Of a stretch of DNA of 64,000 nt, positions 1-14,178 are shown in pieces. Position numbers and translations under genes: made by a program. Source of the stretch: Plasmodiophora brassicae. Its lineage: Eukaryota. The stretch covers positions 1,240,001 through 1,304,000 of the forward strand of contig CP145411.1 of the NCBI GenBank assembly GCA_036867785.1, in the 5' to 3' direction. The notes under the pieces are model-generated. The model was not told where the DNA came from. It did no database searches and worked only from the letters and a program-made list of their open reading frames with translations. Within the stretch, counting starts at the first letter, position 1. Every line of letters starts with the position of its first letter.

Positions 1-426
1 GCACTGGCAGGACCGGCGCGCCAGCACGCCCAGCGTGTCGCCCGTGTCGGGCCAGACGACGATGACGGCGTCGCCGGCGAACTTGAAGACGTCGCCGCCG
101 TGCCTGGCGACGACCTTGACCAGGATGCCAAAGTACGCCTTGACGATGCGGGCCAGGTCCTCGATGCCGTTATGCGTTTCGCCCAGCTGCTCGCACATGG
201 CCGTGTACCCGCTGATGTCGGCGAACAGGACCGCCGTCGTCAGCCGGTGACGAGCGGGCAGCGACAGCGGCACCGGGTCCGAGCAGTGCCCGGCCAGGAA
301 CTGGACGACCACCGACGGGATGTACGAGCACAGGTTGATCAGCGACGCCGACGACAGCGGGACGGGCCCCGGCGCTCGCCTGCTGCTGTCGTCGCGACGA
401 TACCTGCCGCCGCCGTCGTCTGTCAT
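1..426 (-). CDS. Soluble (type 10-like) adenylate cyclase, 5' part; runs off the window
   Basis: Manual translation from ATG 426: MTDDGGG...LCSYIPS...TAVLFADISGYTAMCEQL...RHGGDVFKFAGDAVIVVW. FADISG and GGDxxKFAGDA are class III cyclase / sAC motifs. Confidence 0.85.
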   Translation of the reverse strand, partial: MTDDGGGRYRRDDSSRRAPGPVPLSSASLINLCSYIPSVVVQFLAGHCSDPVPLSLPARHRLTTAVLFADISGYTAMCEQLGETHNGIEDLARIVKAYFGILVKVVARHGGDVFKFAGDAVIVVWPDTGDTLGVLARRSCQC

Positions 427-571
427 CCCTGCTGATGGGCGCCCTGCACCGCACGAGCATGCGCGCGCCGGATCCCGACGATGCCCCACTGGCCGGGTCG
501 TATCTACGACGATCAGCGGTACCTGGAACGTACCCGCCACACGACCTACATAGGCAGGTGACCGGGTTGTA

Positions 572-3500
572 TTAGGCGGGGAACTCCATCTTCTTCAGGA
601 AGTCGTCGATCGCGGCGCCCGGCTTGCTGCCGGCGACGCTGGCCTCCCGCGGGTCGTCGGCGTCCTTGCCCTTGAGGTCGTCGGCGACCTCCTTGGCGAT
701 CACCTCGGACAGGCGAGCGGACGGCTCCCTGGCCCTGTACGCGTAGTCGATCACGTAGTCGGGGCGCAGGTCCTTGATCTTGGCCTCGAAGGCGGCCGCC
801 ATGGATTCGGCCCGGACTGTCAGCACCCCGCCCCCCGATCAGTACTGTGGGACACAGGCGGTCGTGGGGCGCGCCGCCTACTGCATCGATTGCCGAGGAC
901 GACAACGTTGCGTTTCAGGGACGCGTTCTTCTGCTCCAGCAGGTCGACCTTGGTCTCCAGGGTGCGGATCTGCTCGCGCGCCTCGGCGTTCTTGGCGGTC
1001 AGCGCCTCCGTGTGCTGTTGCCGGCGCGCGATCTCCATGACCTTCGTCTGCAGATCCGTCCGGGTCCAGTTCAGGTCGGTCCGCATCTACAGACGTGTGG
1101 CGAGACGCAGTCAGCCGCCCACACGCGCTGCCAGACGCATGGCCCGCAGCAGTGTGACCTGTCGAAGGATCTGGCTCTCCAGCTTGAGGCTGTCCAGGGC
1201 GGCCGTGTCGTGCTGGGCGGTGGACCGGCGACGACCCCGAGCCGAACGTGCCGGGCTAGCCGCCGTCGTTACGCTCGGCAGAGTGACGTCGAGCTGGCCA
1301 CGCGCCTTCATTGCTGGGCGGACAATCGATCAGGCGAAACAGCAGGCGGTACGCGCCGTGCGAAACACCTTCGACCCTGGAGGCCCATCCCTCGAAGCGC
1401 TTGTCGTTGATGAGCCGGTCCTTCTGCGTCGCTTGGATTTGCCGTTTCAGATCGGCGTTCAGTGCGATCTGTTTCTGCAGGTCGCCCTTGACGGTGTCCA
1501 GCTGCTCCTGGGCGCTGCGAAGGGCGGTCTCGGTTCTGATGCGCCCGTGCAGGGCGTCGGCCAGCTCCCGAGCCACATCCGATTTGCTGGTTCGAGCAAC
1601 CACCAACTGCACGGGCCGGGCCATGATCAGCACAGCCGCCGAGCAGTACAACTTGACAAACGAGGGGACGCAACCTGCTGTTTCAGAGCCAGCAGGCCGG
1701 ACTTGGCGTCGGCGATGTCGGCGCGTCGGCTGAACTCGCTCTCGACGAGGGCCCTGTCCTTGGCAAGCGATTTCGTCGCTGTCGCCTGCATGCGCTGCGA
1801 TTGCAACCGGTGCTCGGCGCGTACTTCACTGATCTCCGTTAAGATCTCATTGTCGCGCGACTCCTGCCGGCGCTGGTTCGTCTCCGCTCGCCGCACCTGC
1901 GCCCGTCTCAAACAAGGCGAACTGGTTGCGACGAGCACGCGTACCCGGGCGTTGGCCATTTGCAACTCGGCGACAGCCCGGTCGCGCTCCTGCTCCCACT
2001 GGTCACATCGTTGCCTGGCCTTGACCAGGGCCTTCTGCGACTCCGCAAAGGCGACCCGCATCTGCTCGAGCTCCGACGTGACCCTATCGAGAGAGCGCAG
2101 CGCTGAGGTCGAGCCGACCTGTGAAACATACACTGCCCGCCTACGATGCCAGTGTCGTCTGCAAGTCGATCGTAGCCTGCTGCCATTTCTTCTCGGCCTC
2201 GACAGGTATCCGGGCGACGTCGGCCAGCTGGTGCTCAGCGCGATGGGCGCGCGCCTCCATCTGAACAGCCGAGGTCAGGGTGCCCCCGGCGAACATACCA
2301 TGCGGTCAACATTGCGACCGTTGCCAGTTCCGACTGGATATGGGACGAATGTTCCAGGGCGCGTTTCCATTGGCGGTCGGCGTGCTCGCACTGGCCCATC
2401 AGGGTCTCGTTGGCGGCCCGCAACTGCTTCATTTCGACCTTCAACTGGGCGGCCATCTGTTGCAGCAAACGCATTGTCAGACGACGTGTGCGCCCAGCAG
2501 TGGGACGCAGGGGGGCGACCTGGTCGGATTTGGCTTGTAGCGACCCGATCAAGGTGACCAAGCGCGCGTTATCGACGGCCTGCTGCTGAATGACGGCCTG
2601 AGCTTCGGCCAGACGTCGATTCAGGAGCTCCTCGGTCTTGGCGATGGCCTCGGTGGACGCCTTGGCATCGTTCTTCAACGACAAGACGACGGCCTTCTCC
2701 TGCATAAGCTCGTCGGACAGATGCTCGATCCGATCCTCCAGCGCCTTCGCCTGCATTTCGCTGAAGACCAGAGAGTAAGCGGCATGCCTGGCCGACGGGT
2801 CGTTACGGTCCCAGTGCCTGCCTTTTCTTGAGGGCGCCCAGAATCTGGTAGTATGCCAGGCCGCTCCGTTCCAGGGCCTTCTGAGTCCGCATCTCCGCCT
2901 CACGACTGTCTTTCAGGTTCGATATCGTTTCATCGTGCGTCTTGGACAGCCGGAACTGGCGATGCTCGAGAGCGTTGTACTTGGCCTGCAGGGCGACGTT
3001 GTCTTCCTCGGCCCGTTTCGATATCACCTCCAGGACGTGTAGTTGTTTCCTGCGCGTTATCAATAAGGGACGGCGGGCACATGGACGCGGTAATGGTAAG
3101 GGTAACGAACTTGGCGTTGGCCGCATCGGCGGCCGTGCGACGCAAGATGCCGTCGCGTTCGTCCATGGCGTCGACCGATTGCTCCCAGCGGAACAGGAGC
3201 AGGTCATTCGATCGGCACAGCAGGTCTAGCTCTGCAACAGCGACATGCGATTAGTTGCCGCTCGATAACGGCAGTGTACGACGGCGATGGGCGCTGACCT
3301 TTGACGACAGCTGACAATGCTGTTTGCGCCAGTTTGGTTTCGTGTTTCTGTGCGACGGCTTCGCAGCTGACATCCCGCACGGCCACCACGGCGCGCTCGA
3401 ACTTGTTCTGCCATTGGTTCAGGTTGCGAAGGATGACGCGTTTCTCTTCCTGAAGTCTGCCGATCTCAGACTGCAGGCTCTGCTGGAACAGGTGGTGCAT

Positions 3501-4349
3501 TCTGCGCGGGGACCCCACCCGGTGTCACCCATCGTGACCAAGGCGACGAGCGTGTGGCGGTCGGGCTCTGACCTGAGGTCATCGGCGACCACGTTCTGCA
3601 ACTGCCGCATCTTGGCGTTCTCGTTGACCTGCGTATCGACCTTATCGTGCAGTGCAGCAATTTCCACCTTGGACGATTGGTTGCTGTCTCGCAGGCTGGA
3701 TGCCTCGCCGGTCACCTCGACCAATCGCCAGCGCAGCTGTTTCGTTTCGCTCATGCTAGACTCCAGCTGCTGTTGCCTGGGCAATCGCGGTACGACGCGT
3801 CAGCGACACACCCGAAGCGGCCGTGCCTGCGTCCTCCTACGTGGAGTGGACGCTGCGTTTCAGGTCGATGATCTGGGATTTCGCCTGGCGCAATGCCAGG
3901 GCCAGGTCGGTGCGAGACCGTTCCGTCCACTTGAGCGCGTCGTCCCGGACGCCTGTCATCCAGCGGCCAGGTCAGCCCCGATACGACGAGCGCCCGCTGG
4001 CGTCTCATACCAATCTGCTCATGCAGCGCCTGCAGCTGCGTGTCGAGTTGATCGAGGACGGCAACCTGGAAGCGGCGGTTGTGCTCGAGCAGGCGCGCCT
4101 CGTCCGCAACCTCGTCGTCGGTCAGCTGTACGGCGGGACCGGGTCGTGCGGCATCACCGATGACGCCCGGCGGATGCCCGACCGCATCCCAGGACTTGTC
4201 CTTGTCAAGGACGCCATCGGCCATGCTCGGCACTGATGCCTACACGGCGCCCCCCCTGGGATATGCACCGCCCATCGATCGGTACGGCACCGGGTATCTC
4301 CGATGCTGTGCAGGCCAGCTTGGCGAGCCCAGTAGGCCACTGTCTCCAT
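572..4349 (-). CDS. Large multi-exon coiled-coil protein, function unknown; exon boundaries and start approximate
   Basis: Chain of minus-strand E/L/Q/K/A-rich heptad segments (ORFs 3751-4233, 3419-3784, 2803-3207, 2235-2903, 1627-2133, 1256-1651, 820-1086, 572-826) separated by short intron-like gaps. Candidate ATG 4349. Confidence 0.65.
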
Positions 4350-4523
4350 GAGCCTTTTCGGGGGAGGCACGGCCGCACTGGGCAGGCACGGGGGCAGCAG
4401 GCCGCGGCGGGCGGCGGCGCCCCGCCCGCCCCTCCTCCTCGGCGTTCCGCCGTCCGACTCGCTCGTTTTCGACCCGTGCGTGACCGCGTCCGGCACGTCG
4501 TCACCCCGCGGTACCGCCGTTGA

Positions 4524-6741
<2,218 letters not shown>

Positions 6742-7052
6742 TTGGGCTAATTGCGCAATACATGCCTTCAATAGATATCTACCACGTGTCGGGGCTCCGA
6801 AGGTGCTCGTCCCGGCTCCGGACCGACCCGCGGTCCGGTCCGCACTAGGCGTGCCCGCCAGGGGTCGGCAACCGGTATCGCGACATTCCATATGACAGCG
6901 TGCAGGATGGTCCCCGTACAGGCAGATATGAGCCACTCGGGTCCGTGCTCGACCGTCTCTTCACCGGCCGATTCCGTTTGAGTAATCAACGTGTCGTGTC
7001 AGGGCCGGCAACGGGCGACGCGAGCGCCAGGTCACCGGCGGGACAGGACCAG

Positions 7053-7229
7053 ATGGACACACGTAGCGAATTGCTGCTCGTCAAGGCCCAGCTGCTGGCC
7101 ATGTCGCGCATGCACGACGAGCAGAAAGTAGCGAACCGAGCCCTGCGAGAAGAAATTCTCGTCCTGCGATCAGCTGTGCGAGGTGCCGAGCTCGGCACCA
7201 TAGCGTCGAACGGCGAGTCGAATTCGTAG
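7053..7229 (+). CDS. Small coiled-coil hypothetical protein (58 aa)
   Basis: MDTRSELLLVKAQLLAMSRMHDEQKVANRALREEILVLRSAV... amphipathic helix filling an intergenic gap. No family recognised. Confidence 0.35.
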   Translation: MDTRSELLLVKAQLLAMSRMHDEQKVANRALREEILVLRSAVRGAELGTIASNGESNS

Positions 7230-7454
7230 TGTATATGCTCTAGTAAATGAACCAGTCCGTACATGTTATCAGGACGGGCAGGCGGTGCACGCCCACAGCA
7301 GAATCCGGTGACGAGCAGGGCAGCACCTGTCCACAAGCGATGCCAGTGGGCTTGCCGGGCGGGCGGATTGGTGGCGGGGTGCGGGAGGGGCGGATGGCGC
7401 GCCTCGCGCCGGGGTGTTGCCAGTTGGCGGTCAAGTGCGGGCGCCGGCGCACCC

Positions 7455-8670
7455 ATGGACGATGGGGAGATCACCTGGCGCAACCTGAACAAACCGAAGC
7501 TGTTCCTGTATCAGTTCGGCGTCTTCATGGGCATCCGCGCCTGCTTGTACCCGGCCACGGTCCTGAAGACGAACCTGCAGGTCGACCAGGGCGCCACCGT
7601 CGCCCGTACCGCACGGCGCATCCTGGCCGACGCAGGCATCAGAGGATTCTGGAGAGGGTTCCCCACTATTGCATTCGGCATCGTACCTGCGCAAATGGTA
7701 CCTACCGTGTTGCGGCCTGTGCTGAACTCGCCCCGGCTGATCGTGCATGCACCTCTCGTCTAGTTATACCTGACTGTCTACGAATCCGGCAGGGAGAACC
7801 TGGAACCCGTGCTGCCGGCCGCAGCCAGATCGTTTGTCGCTGGCGGTACAGCAAGCCTGTGCTCACAGTTCGTCATGGTCCCCGTCGACGTCGTATCGCA
7901 GGTCAGTAACGCTGCTGCTGCTACCACTACGCTGCATTGTCCACGTTTGATGTCATTCGTAATCCCGTCCATCCATAGTCCATGCAATTGAGCCGCCGTC
8001 TGGCACCGGCAGAAGGTGCCCACAAGACCGCTTGTGGGTCCCCGTAGCCCAACGTACTGTTCACCGTGCAGCCCTGCTAAGATGGCCATTGCCGCATCAG
8101 GGTCCACCGTTCGACAGATCGTCAGCCAGGAAGGTGCTGCTGGCTTGTACAAAGGTTTCCTGTCGAGTGCTGCGGTCTATATGCCCTTCTCGGCGATCTG
8201 GTGGAGCACCTGTAAGGCGCCGGCGCCGTGATTCCGCATCGCGATTCACCAACCGCAATACGTACTGCGAATAGGCACGGCGGCAAAGCGGTTCGTATAC
8301 CAGCATCGTGATGCGCCGGATGCATCCCGTCCGATGGGGGCGCACGACGTGGCGCTGCATGCGACATGCGGGGCATTCGCTGCGTTTGTCGGTACACAAC
8401 CGTTGACGGTGACGACATGCAACGCCCTTGCCCTGATGTGTCGGTTGTCCAGGTGTCATGACGACCGCCCCGCTGGACACGATCAAGACGCTGCGCCAGA
8501 CGACCCATGCGCACCTGTCGTCTTGGCAGATTGCTGCCTGCCAGAAATCGGTGTTGGGTTTGTGGCGCGGATCGCAGGCCCGCCTGCTCAGTTCCCTGCC
8601 GTTCTCGGTGCTGGGCATATCCGCCTACGAAGTCATCAAGCGTTGGGCCAGCAACGACCCGGCATGCTGA
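7455..8670 (+). CDS. Mitochondrial carrier (SLC25A44-like), multi-exon
   Basis: MDDGEITWRNLNKPKLF (compare SLC25A44 IEWEHLDKxKF). Carrier signatures YPATVLKTNLQ, VPVDVVSQ, APLDTIKT. GFWRGF, GLYKGF and GLWRG repeats. Confidence 0.85.
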
Positions 8671-8751
8671 CACGCGCGAGTCGCGTACGGGCACTGAATT
8701 GTATAAAGAATTATTATGCGGGCGGGAGAGGCGTACCGGGTGGCATTGACG

Positions 8752-9420
8752 TCAGCGCATCGGTGTCGGCCGGTCGCCGTCCGTACTGCAGCGTTGTCGT
8801 TTCGAGCCGACCGCGCTCTGCTCGGGAACACTGGGCACCAGCGCGTACCCCGGCGGTATACAGGGCCAGAAGTACGGCCCGAACGGCGGTGGCTCACTCG
8901 TCCTGTCACAAGACAGCCCATGAATGCCCGTTTCGGCACAGATACATCCGCGCGGCCAGGCCGAGGTCACGTACCACCAGCCGTAGGCGATCTGGGGCGG
9001 TTGCTCGAATGTAGGAGAGCGGGCGGGTGCCGGCCCCGCCCCGCATATGCCAGGCGTCGAGGTCGCCTCCAGAGGCGCACACTGAGGCGTGGAGAAGTTC
9101 AGCGGCGTACGGGGCGTCGGTGGCAGAATCTGTCGCAGGCGACGGGTGGACGGCAAGGGCGTCGGTGAGAACAGCGGCGAGAAGGGCACCGATGGCACAG
9201 TGGCGGTGGCGTGCGTCGTCCCAGCGGTCGATGCAGGCCCCCCTGTGGGCCACGACGCCAGCAGTTCGAACGACGGGTCGGCGGATGGCGTCGGGGTCGT
9301 CATTGATGGCAGGGCGGGCCCGCACGAACCAGTGGCGGGCGGACACTCAGGGTGCGCGCCAAAAGGACCGCTGACCCAGGCGACCATGGCGCTCCTATGT
9401 ACAGTAGGTACATACACCAC
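8752..9420 (-). CDS. Pro/Thr-rich hypothetical protein
   Basis: 222-aa ORF filling the gap between two genes. Low complexity, no recognised domain. Confidence 0.35.
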   Translation of the reverse strand: MVYVPTVHRSAMVAWVSGPFGAHPECPPATGSCGPALPSMTTPTPSADPSFELLASWPTGGPASTAGTTHATATVPSVPFSPLFSPTPLPSTRRLRQILPPTPRTPLNFSTPQCAPLEATSTPGICGAGPAPARSPTFEQPPQIAYGWWYVTSAWPRGCICAETGIHGLSCDRTSEPPPFGPYFWPCIPPGYALVPSVPEQSAVGSKRQRCSTDGDRPTPMR

Positions 9421-9556
9421 TCTACCCTAGGTAGGTATCCATGTATTTGCACTTATTGTACAACACCGTCGACAAGGCGGTGAACGGCAACAACAGAGGG
9501 GTTAATGAGCGGCACGCCGTACAATATGCAATACGTATCCGTAGACGCACCCCGCC

Positions 9557-10674
9557 CTACTCCTGCAAGTCCACGATCGCCGGCGCGTCTTCATCGTCGC
9601 TGTTGAATGTGCCTTGTGCGTTCAGCACGGGTGCACCCGTGAGATGCCACCCGAATTTGCTGCTGACCAAGGCCCGCAGCCGATGCAGGGCGGGTCGCAG
9701 GGGTGTATCCTCGCCGAGCTCAAACAGGTCCGACAGGCAGCGGGTCAGGAAGTTGTGCCTCGTCAGGTCGCATGCAAAGAAATCATCCGGCGCCTGTTTC
9801 ATCTGGCTGCACAGGACATCTGACCAGGCGAAATTAGGCACCAGGACAATAGGGTCGGCACGCACATGCATGAACGTACTGATAAAATTCCCATAGAATG
9901 GGCGATGATCGGTCATTGCCCGCGGACAGGTGCACACCAGGGAGAGCAGTCGTTTCCACTGTTCGAACCCTTCGAACGATTGCCCAATGACGAACAGGAC
10001 AAACGCGTATTGCAGCTCACCAAGGATGGCATCCCAGTCGTTGCCAGCGATGGCCTCGAGCTGATCGGACCGATCCAGGTATGCCCGCGTCAGCTCGTGT
10101 GGCGCCATGGGCCTTCTTGGAGTGAACGACTCCAGGTCGGTGAAATAAATGCGGGTTGTTTCAACGTTGCACTCAGCGCCAGGCGCCTGCGACCCGGATA
10201 TGACGCCGTTGCCCACAGGAGACAACTTCTTGAGCACATCGTTCGAGATAAAGTTAGTCAGCGACCTCCAGTCGTCAAACGATTCGAACGGATACGGGCC
10301 CAGGCCCAGATCGAAGTCATGCCTGCGAACGCCTGATGGACTCGGTTAACGACAATGCCGACGTCCGCAGGCATCAATCACATCACCACACACATACCAT
10401 CGGCGTACCGGTTGTACTCGTCTTCATCAGACAGCACGACAAGCTGCTCAGTGACAGGGTCCCAGCGCCCAACCCAGACGTCACTACCGTCAGGTTCCAA
10501 GACGACAAACTGGCCCGTGCGCATGCCATGAACGCCATCGCCGCCCGTATAGATGTAATGCGGACCGGTCGGCACCTGGCATATACCCTGGAACTTGGGC
10601 CCAACTTGCCAGCAGGCCAGATCGATGCCAACCGTCGCGTTGGCCGGCACACCAAGACACAGGACCGTGGGCAT
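9557..10674 (-). CDS. AAR2: AAR2, U5 snRNP assembly factor (at least 2 exons; start could be 10800)
   Basis: VGIDLACWQVGPKFQGICQVPTGPHYIY, DLGLGPYP, WRSLTNFIS and ILGELQYAFVLFVIGQSFEGFEQWKRLLSLVC are AAR2 family motifs. Confidence 0.85.
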
Positions 10675-11224
10675 CACGGGCCAGCCTTGTATGCACTGAC
10701 TGGTCCACCAGGTAGTCGCTGGCAGCAGCAGGCGACGGTAGTTGCGCGCAGTTACGGACCTGGCCTGAGTGGGCGCTGTCAAGGCGGCAGTGGCGTCCAC
10801 TATCGAGACAGGGTCGCGTGGTGCTGCGGCCAGGAAGGCAGGCAGGTGCCCACGGGAAGGGCGGGGGGGAGGCAGTTGCCATTTTTCGATACATAGAGCA
10901 TGTCGCCGTCAGCGTGTCCGGCCGCGTGGCCTAGTGGTGGACAGTCAGCAGACATCAGCCGGCCGTGCCTGATGCGGCACCCCGCGCACGAAAGGCATCG
11001 GCCCCGTTGTCCTGGTCCTGTGTGCGGTCCCCAGTGAATGAATACGTCGTGCCGCAGCAGGCACAATTACCTATCCGGAGCGGCCCTGCCCCCGCCTGCC
11101 AGTGCCACTGGGCAGCGGCGCTCGGGTGCAAAAAAAGGGGCGGGCGCCTGTCTGCTGGTGGTGCAGTGGTGGGCGTGGCGTGCCTGGCAGCGACGACGCC
11201 GCTCAGCGACCCGCACACCCGCCA

Positions 11225-13299
11225 ATGACGGACCTGAAGGCCATCCTGGGCGCAAAGCTGCTCGCCGTCATCAAGGAGAGCCGAGAGCGTCCCACCGACT
11301 ACCTCGTCTGCGTCTGCGATGACTACACGACCAAGATCATGTCGTCGTGCCTGCGTGTCCACGCGATCAACGACGCCGGCGTCGGCGCCGTCGTCAATAT
11401 CAACTTCGATCGAGAGTATCTGCCGTCAACGCCGGCCATCTACTTCCTGGAACCCACAGCCGAGAACTGGAAGACCATGCTGGGCGATTTCGCCGGCAAA
11501 CGTCCCCGGTACGGGTTCGTCCACCTGTACACGACGTCGCCGGTACCGACGGACCTACTCAATCAAATGAAAGGTAGGCGAATGCGCAGCGATGTGCGTC
11601 GCGACCTGCCCCCGATAAGTGGTACCCAGGCGCTACGAACTTTGTCGCCCGTGTCAAGCAGTTCAAGGAGATCAACATCGATTTCCTGGCCGTGGAATCT
11701 CGTGTATTCACTTTCGGCAGGCCCAGAACGATTCCGTCGCTCTATTTCAAATCGGTGGCCGCCTCCACCCTGTCATCGGAATTGCGTCGCACCGCTGCAC
11801 AGCTGTCGTCGCTCTGTATGTGTGCACGTGCTCGCGCCGATCGTCCGTCTGGACCAAATCGCTGACCACCGCGCCACCCAGGTGTGACGCTCGGCGAGTA
11901 TCCATACATCAGATATGTTCAGTCCAACGGGATCACGGCCGAAATCGCCAAGCTGGTCGACAAGGCTCTGGAGAACGTCGTCCGAACGCTGCCCTCGTGG
12001 AAATTCAATCCAAACCGGGGCACGCTCCTCATCGTTGATCGCGCCATCGACTGCATTGCACCGCTGATGCATGAGTTCACGTACCAGTCCATGATCAACG
12101 ACATTCTGACGGTGGACGGCGAGATCTGCAAGACGAAGCCCATCTCTAAGGACTCGTCTACGAAGAGCGACGGGAAGAATGCTGATGCTGGGTCGTTTGT
12201 CCTCAGCGAGGACGACAGCCTGTGGCGGGACCTGCGCCACAAACATATCGGTGAAGCCCTGCCCACTGTCAACGGGCAGTTCAACGACTTCAAGAACAAG
12301 AATGCGGTCGCCAACCTGTCCGAGGATGCCTCGCTGAAGGACCTCGTCAAGGCCGCCAAAGGTGCGACATCGTTCAAATCCGAGATACAGCGGTTCACGA
12401 AGCACTTGACGATCCTGGAGAACGCATTCGATCACTTCGACAAGCAAGGCCTGAAGAAGCTCGGTTAGGTGGCGGCGCCGTCTACACGCTTTGGGCGAAG
12501 TCTGACGCTTTGCCGTGGTTGGGTGATAGGCGAAATTGAACAGGACATGGTGACCGGTGTCAACGAGGACGGCAAGAAGACGAACAAGACGGACTTGATG
12601 ACGTCGCTTGTGTCGATCATCGAGGATCAGTCGATCGCCCCGCAGGACAAGTTGCGCCTGATCATGATCTACATCATCGCGCAGGACGGCATCAAGGAGT
12701 CGACCCGGAAGAAACTGTTCACTGTCGCGAAACTCAACGACAAGGACCAGGACGCTATCCAGAACCTGTTCCATCTGGGGATCACGTTGCAGACGAACCG
12801 CAAGAATTCGTCGACGCTGTCGTCGGCGACGTTGAAGAAGAACGCCGCTCTGGCCAAGTCGACTCAGCTGTCGCTCATGAGGTTTATCCCGGTGATCGCC
12901 GACCTGATCGACGGCATCGTCAACGGGACGCTCGATCGTCAGACGTACCCGTACCTGAAGGAGCCGCCCGAGGCAGAGCACACTGGCCGTTCTGCTGCCT
13001 CGGCCAGATCCGCACGAACAAAACCATCGGCAGCCCCGAGAGCGAACAAGTGGCGAAACCGGGGAGATGGTGACGATGGCGATTCGTCGGGCAGCGTCCC
13101 GACTGCGATGCGTCAAATGATCTTCATTGCCGGCGGGTGCACGTTCAGCGAGATGCGGCAGATCTACGAGGCGGCCTCCAGCACCGGTGTCGAACTCATC
13201 CTGGGATCCACGTCGACGCTGACCCCGAAGCAGTTCCTCGAGGAGATGTCGTCGTCGCACACGGCTGCAGCCGATATCGAGATCAACCTCGACGAATGA
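11225..13299 (+). CDS. Sec1/Munc18 (syntaxin-binding protein) family, about 4 exons
   Basis: KIMSSCLRVHAINDAGV, REYLPSTPAIYFLEPT, FKEINIDFLA, TLGEYPYIRY, LLIVDRAIDCIAPLMHEFTYQSM, EQDMVTG, DKLRLIMIY, FIAGGCTFSEMR. Confidence 0.92.
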
Positions 13300-13408
13300 C
13301 TGCCGCCCTAAGCGGTCTCCCTCTTTGTAGATCAGTGGCGTAATAATACATTTGGCATTGTGCATCAGATGCTGTCGTGTGTGTGTATGTGTCTGAGTGT
13401 GTGTTCAC

Positions 13409-13999
13409 TCATTTCGTTCGTTCGCGATGGCTTGATACGGGTCGACGGCGCTCATCATCCGTTGGCACCCGTATCAGTACGACATGGTTGCCGAGGTCGT
13501 CTCGGAACATGAACCTGCATTCGTCGCCGGCAACGCACCCGAAATATGAATCGAGGGTGGCTGTCCAGAGGCGTCCCCGATCTGGCAACCAGGTGAGCCA
13601 CAGCTCCATCCGCACTGATGACAGGGGGCGGTTCTGCCGGAGGAAGGCGATGCCCCGAGCAACCGTGGACCCCGACTCCTCGTCGGTAGCCGAGGCGTTC
13701 CACCACCGAATGCCATTGTTGGTCGGATCGGGCACCCCGGCTGGACTAGACAGATGTAGGAGATATGAGGCAGACAGAGGTTGGCTGGTGGTCATTCGGA
13801 ACCGGGCGCCTTCAAACAGTGTCGGCAACCGCACGCCTGGTACAGCCTGTGGACGCGTATGGTGGATGATGGCGACGAAGCCGACCAGGCCCAAGAGGCC
13901 GGCGCCCAGGGCCGCTACAGGCGCAATGCGGGAGGACCGCTGGAGAACGATCACAGATCGATTCCACCAACGCGATGATGGGCGACCCGATAACAGCAT
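13409..13999 (-). CDS. Hypothetical single-pass membrane protein
   Basis: 196-aa ORF with hydrophobic segment IAPVAALGAGLLGLVGFVAII near the N-terminus. Confidence 0.5.
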   Translation of the reverse strand: MLLSGRPSSRWWNRSVIVLQRSSRIAPVAALGAGLLGLVGFVAIIHHTRPQAVPGVRLPTLFEGARFRMTTSQPLSASYLLHLSSPAGVPDPTNNGIRWWNASATDEESGSTVARGIAFLRQNRPLSSVRMELWLTWLPDRGRLWTATLDSYFGCVAGDECRFMFRDDLGNHVVLIRVPTDDERRRPVSSHRERTK

Positions 14000-14178
14000 G
14001 GCGGAGCACCGCTCTTCATTAACACGACTCCAGCACCACCATCGAATCTTGGTACCGTGTGACCTGATCGGGCAATAGACAGCATGACTCGGATGCAGAA
14101 TCCAGCAAGGTGAGATAGTTTACAATCGGCTGTACTGCATTGTACGGCGTAGAGCAGCAGCGGCAGCAGCAGCACGAC

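Noticed and set aside
890-2557. 555-aa plus-strand ORF
   Set aside because: Antisense shadow of the minus-strand coiled-coil gene; Arg/Ser-rich with no motifs.
11773-13365. 530-aa minus-strand ORF
   Set aside because: Antisense to the well-supported Sec1/Munc18 gene.
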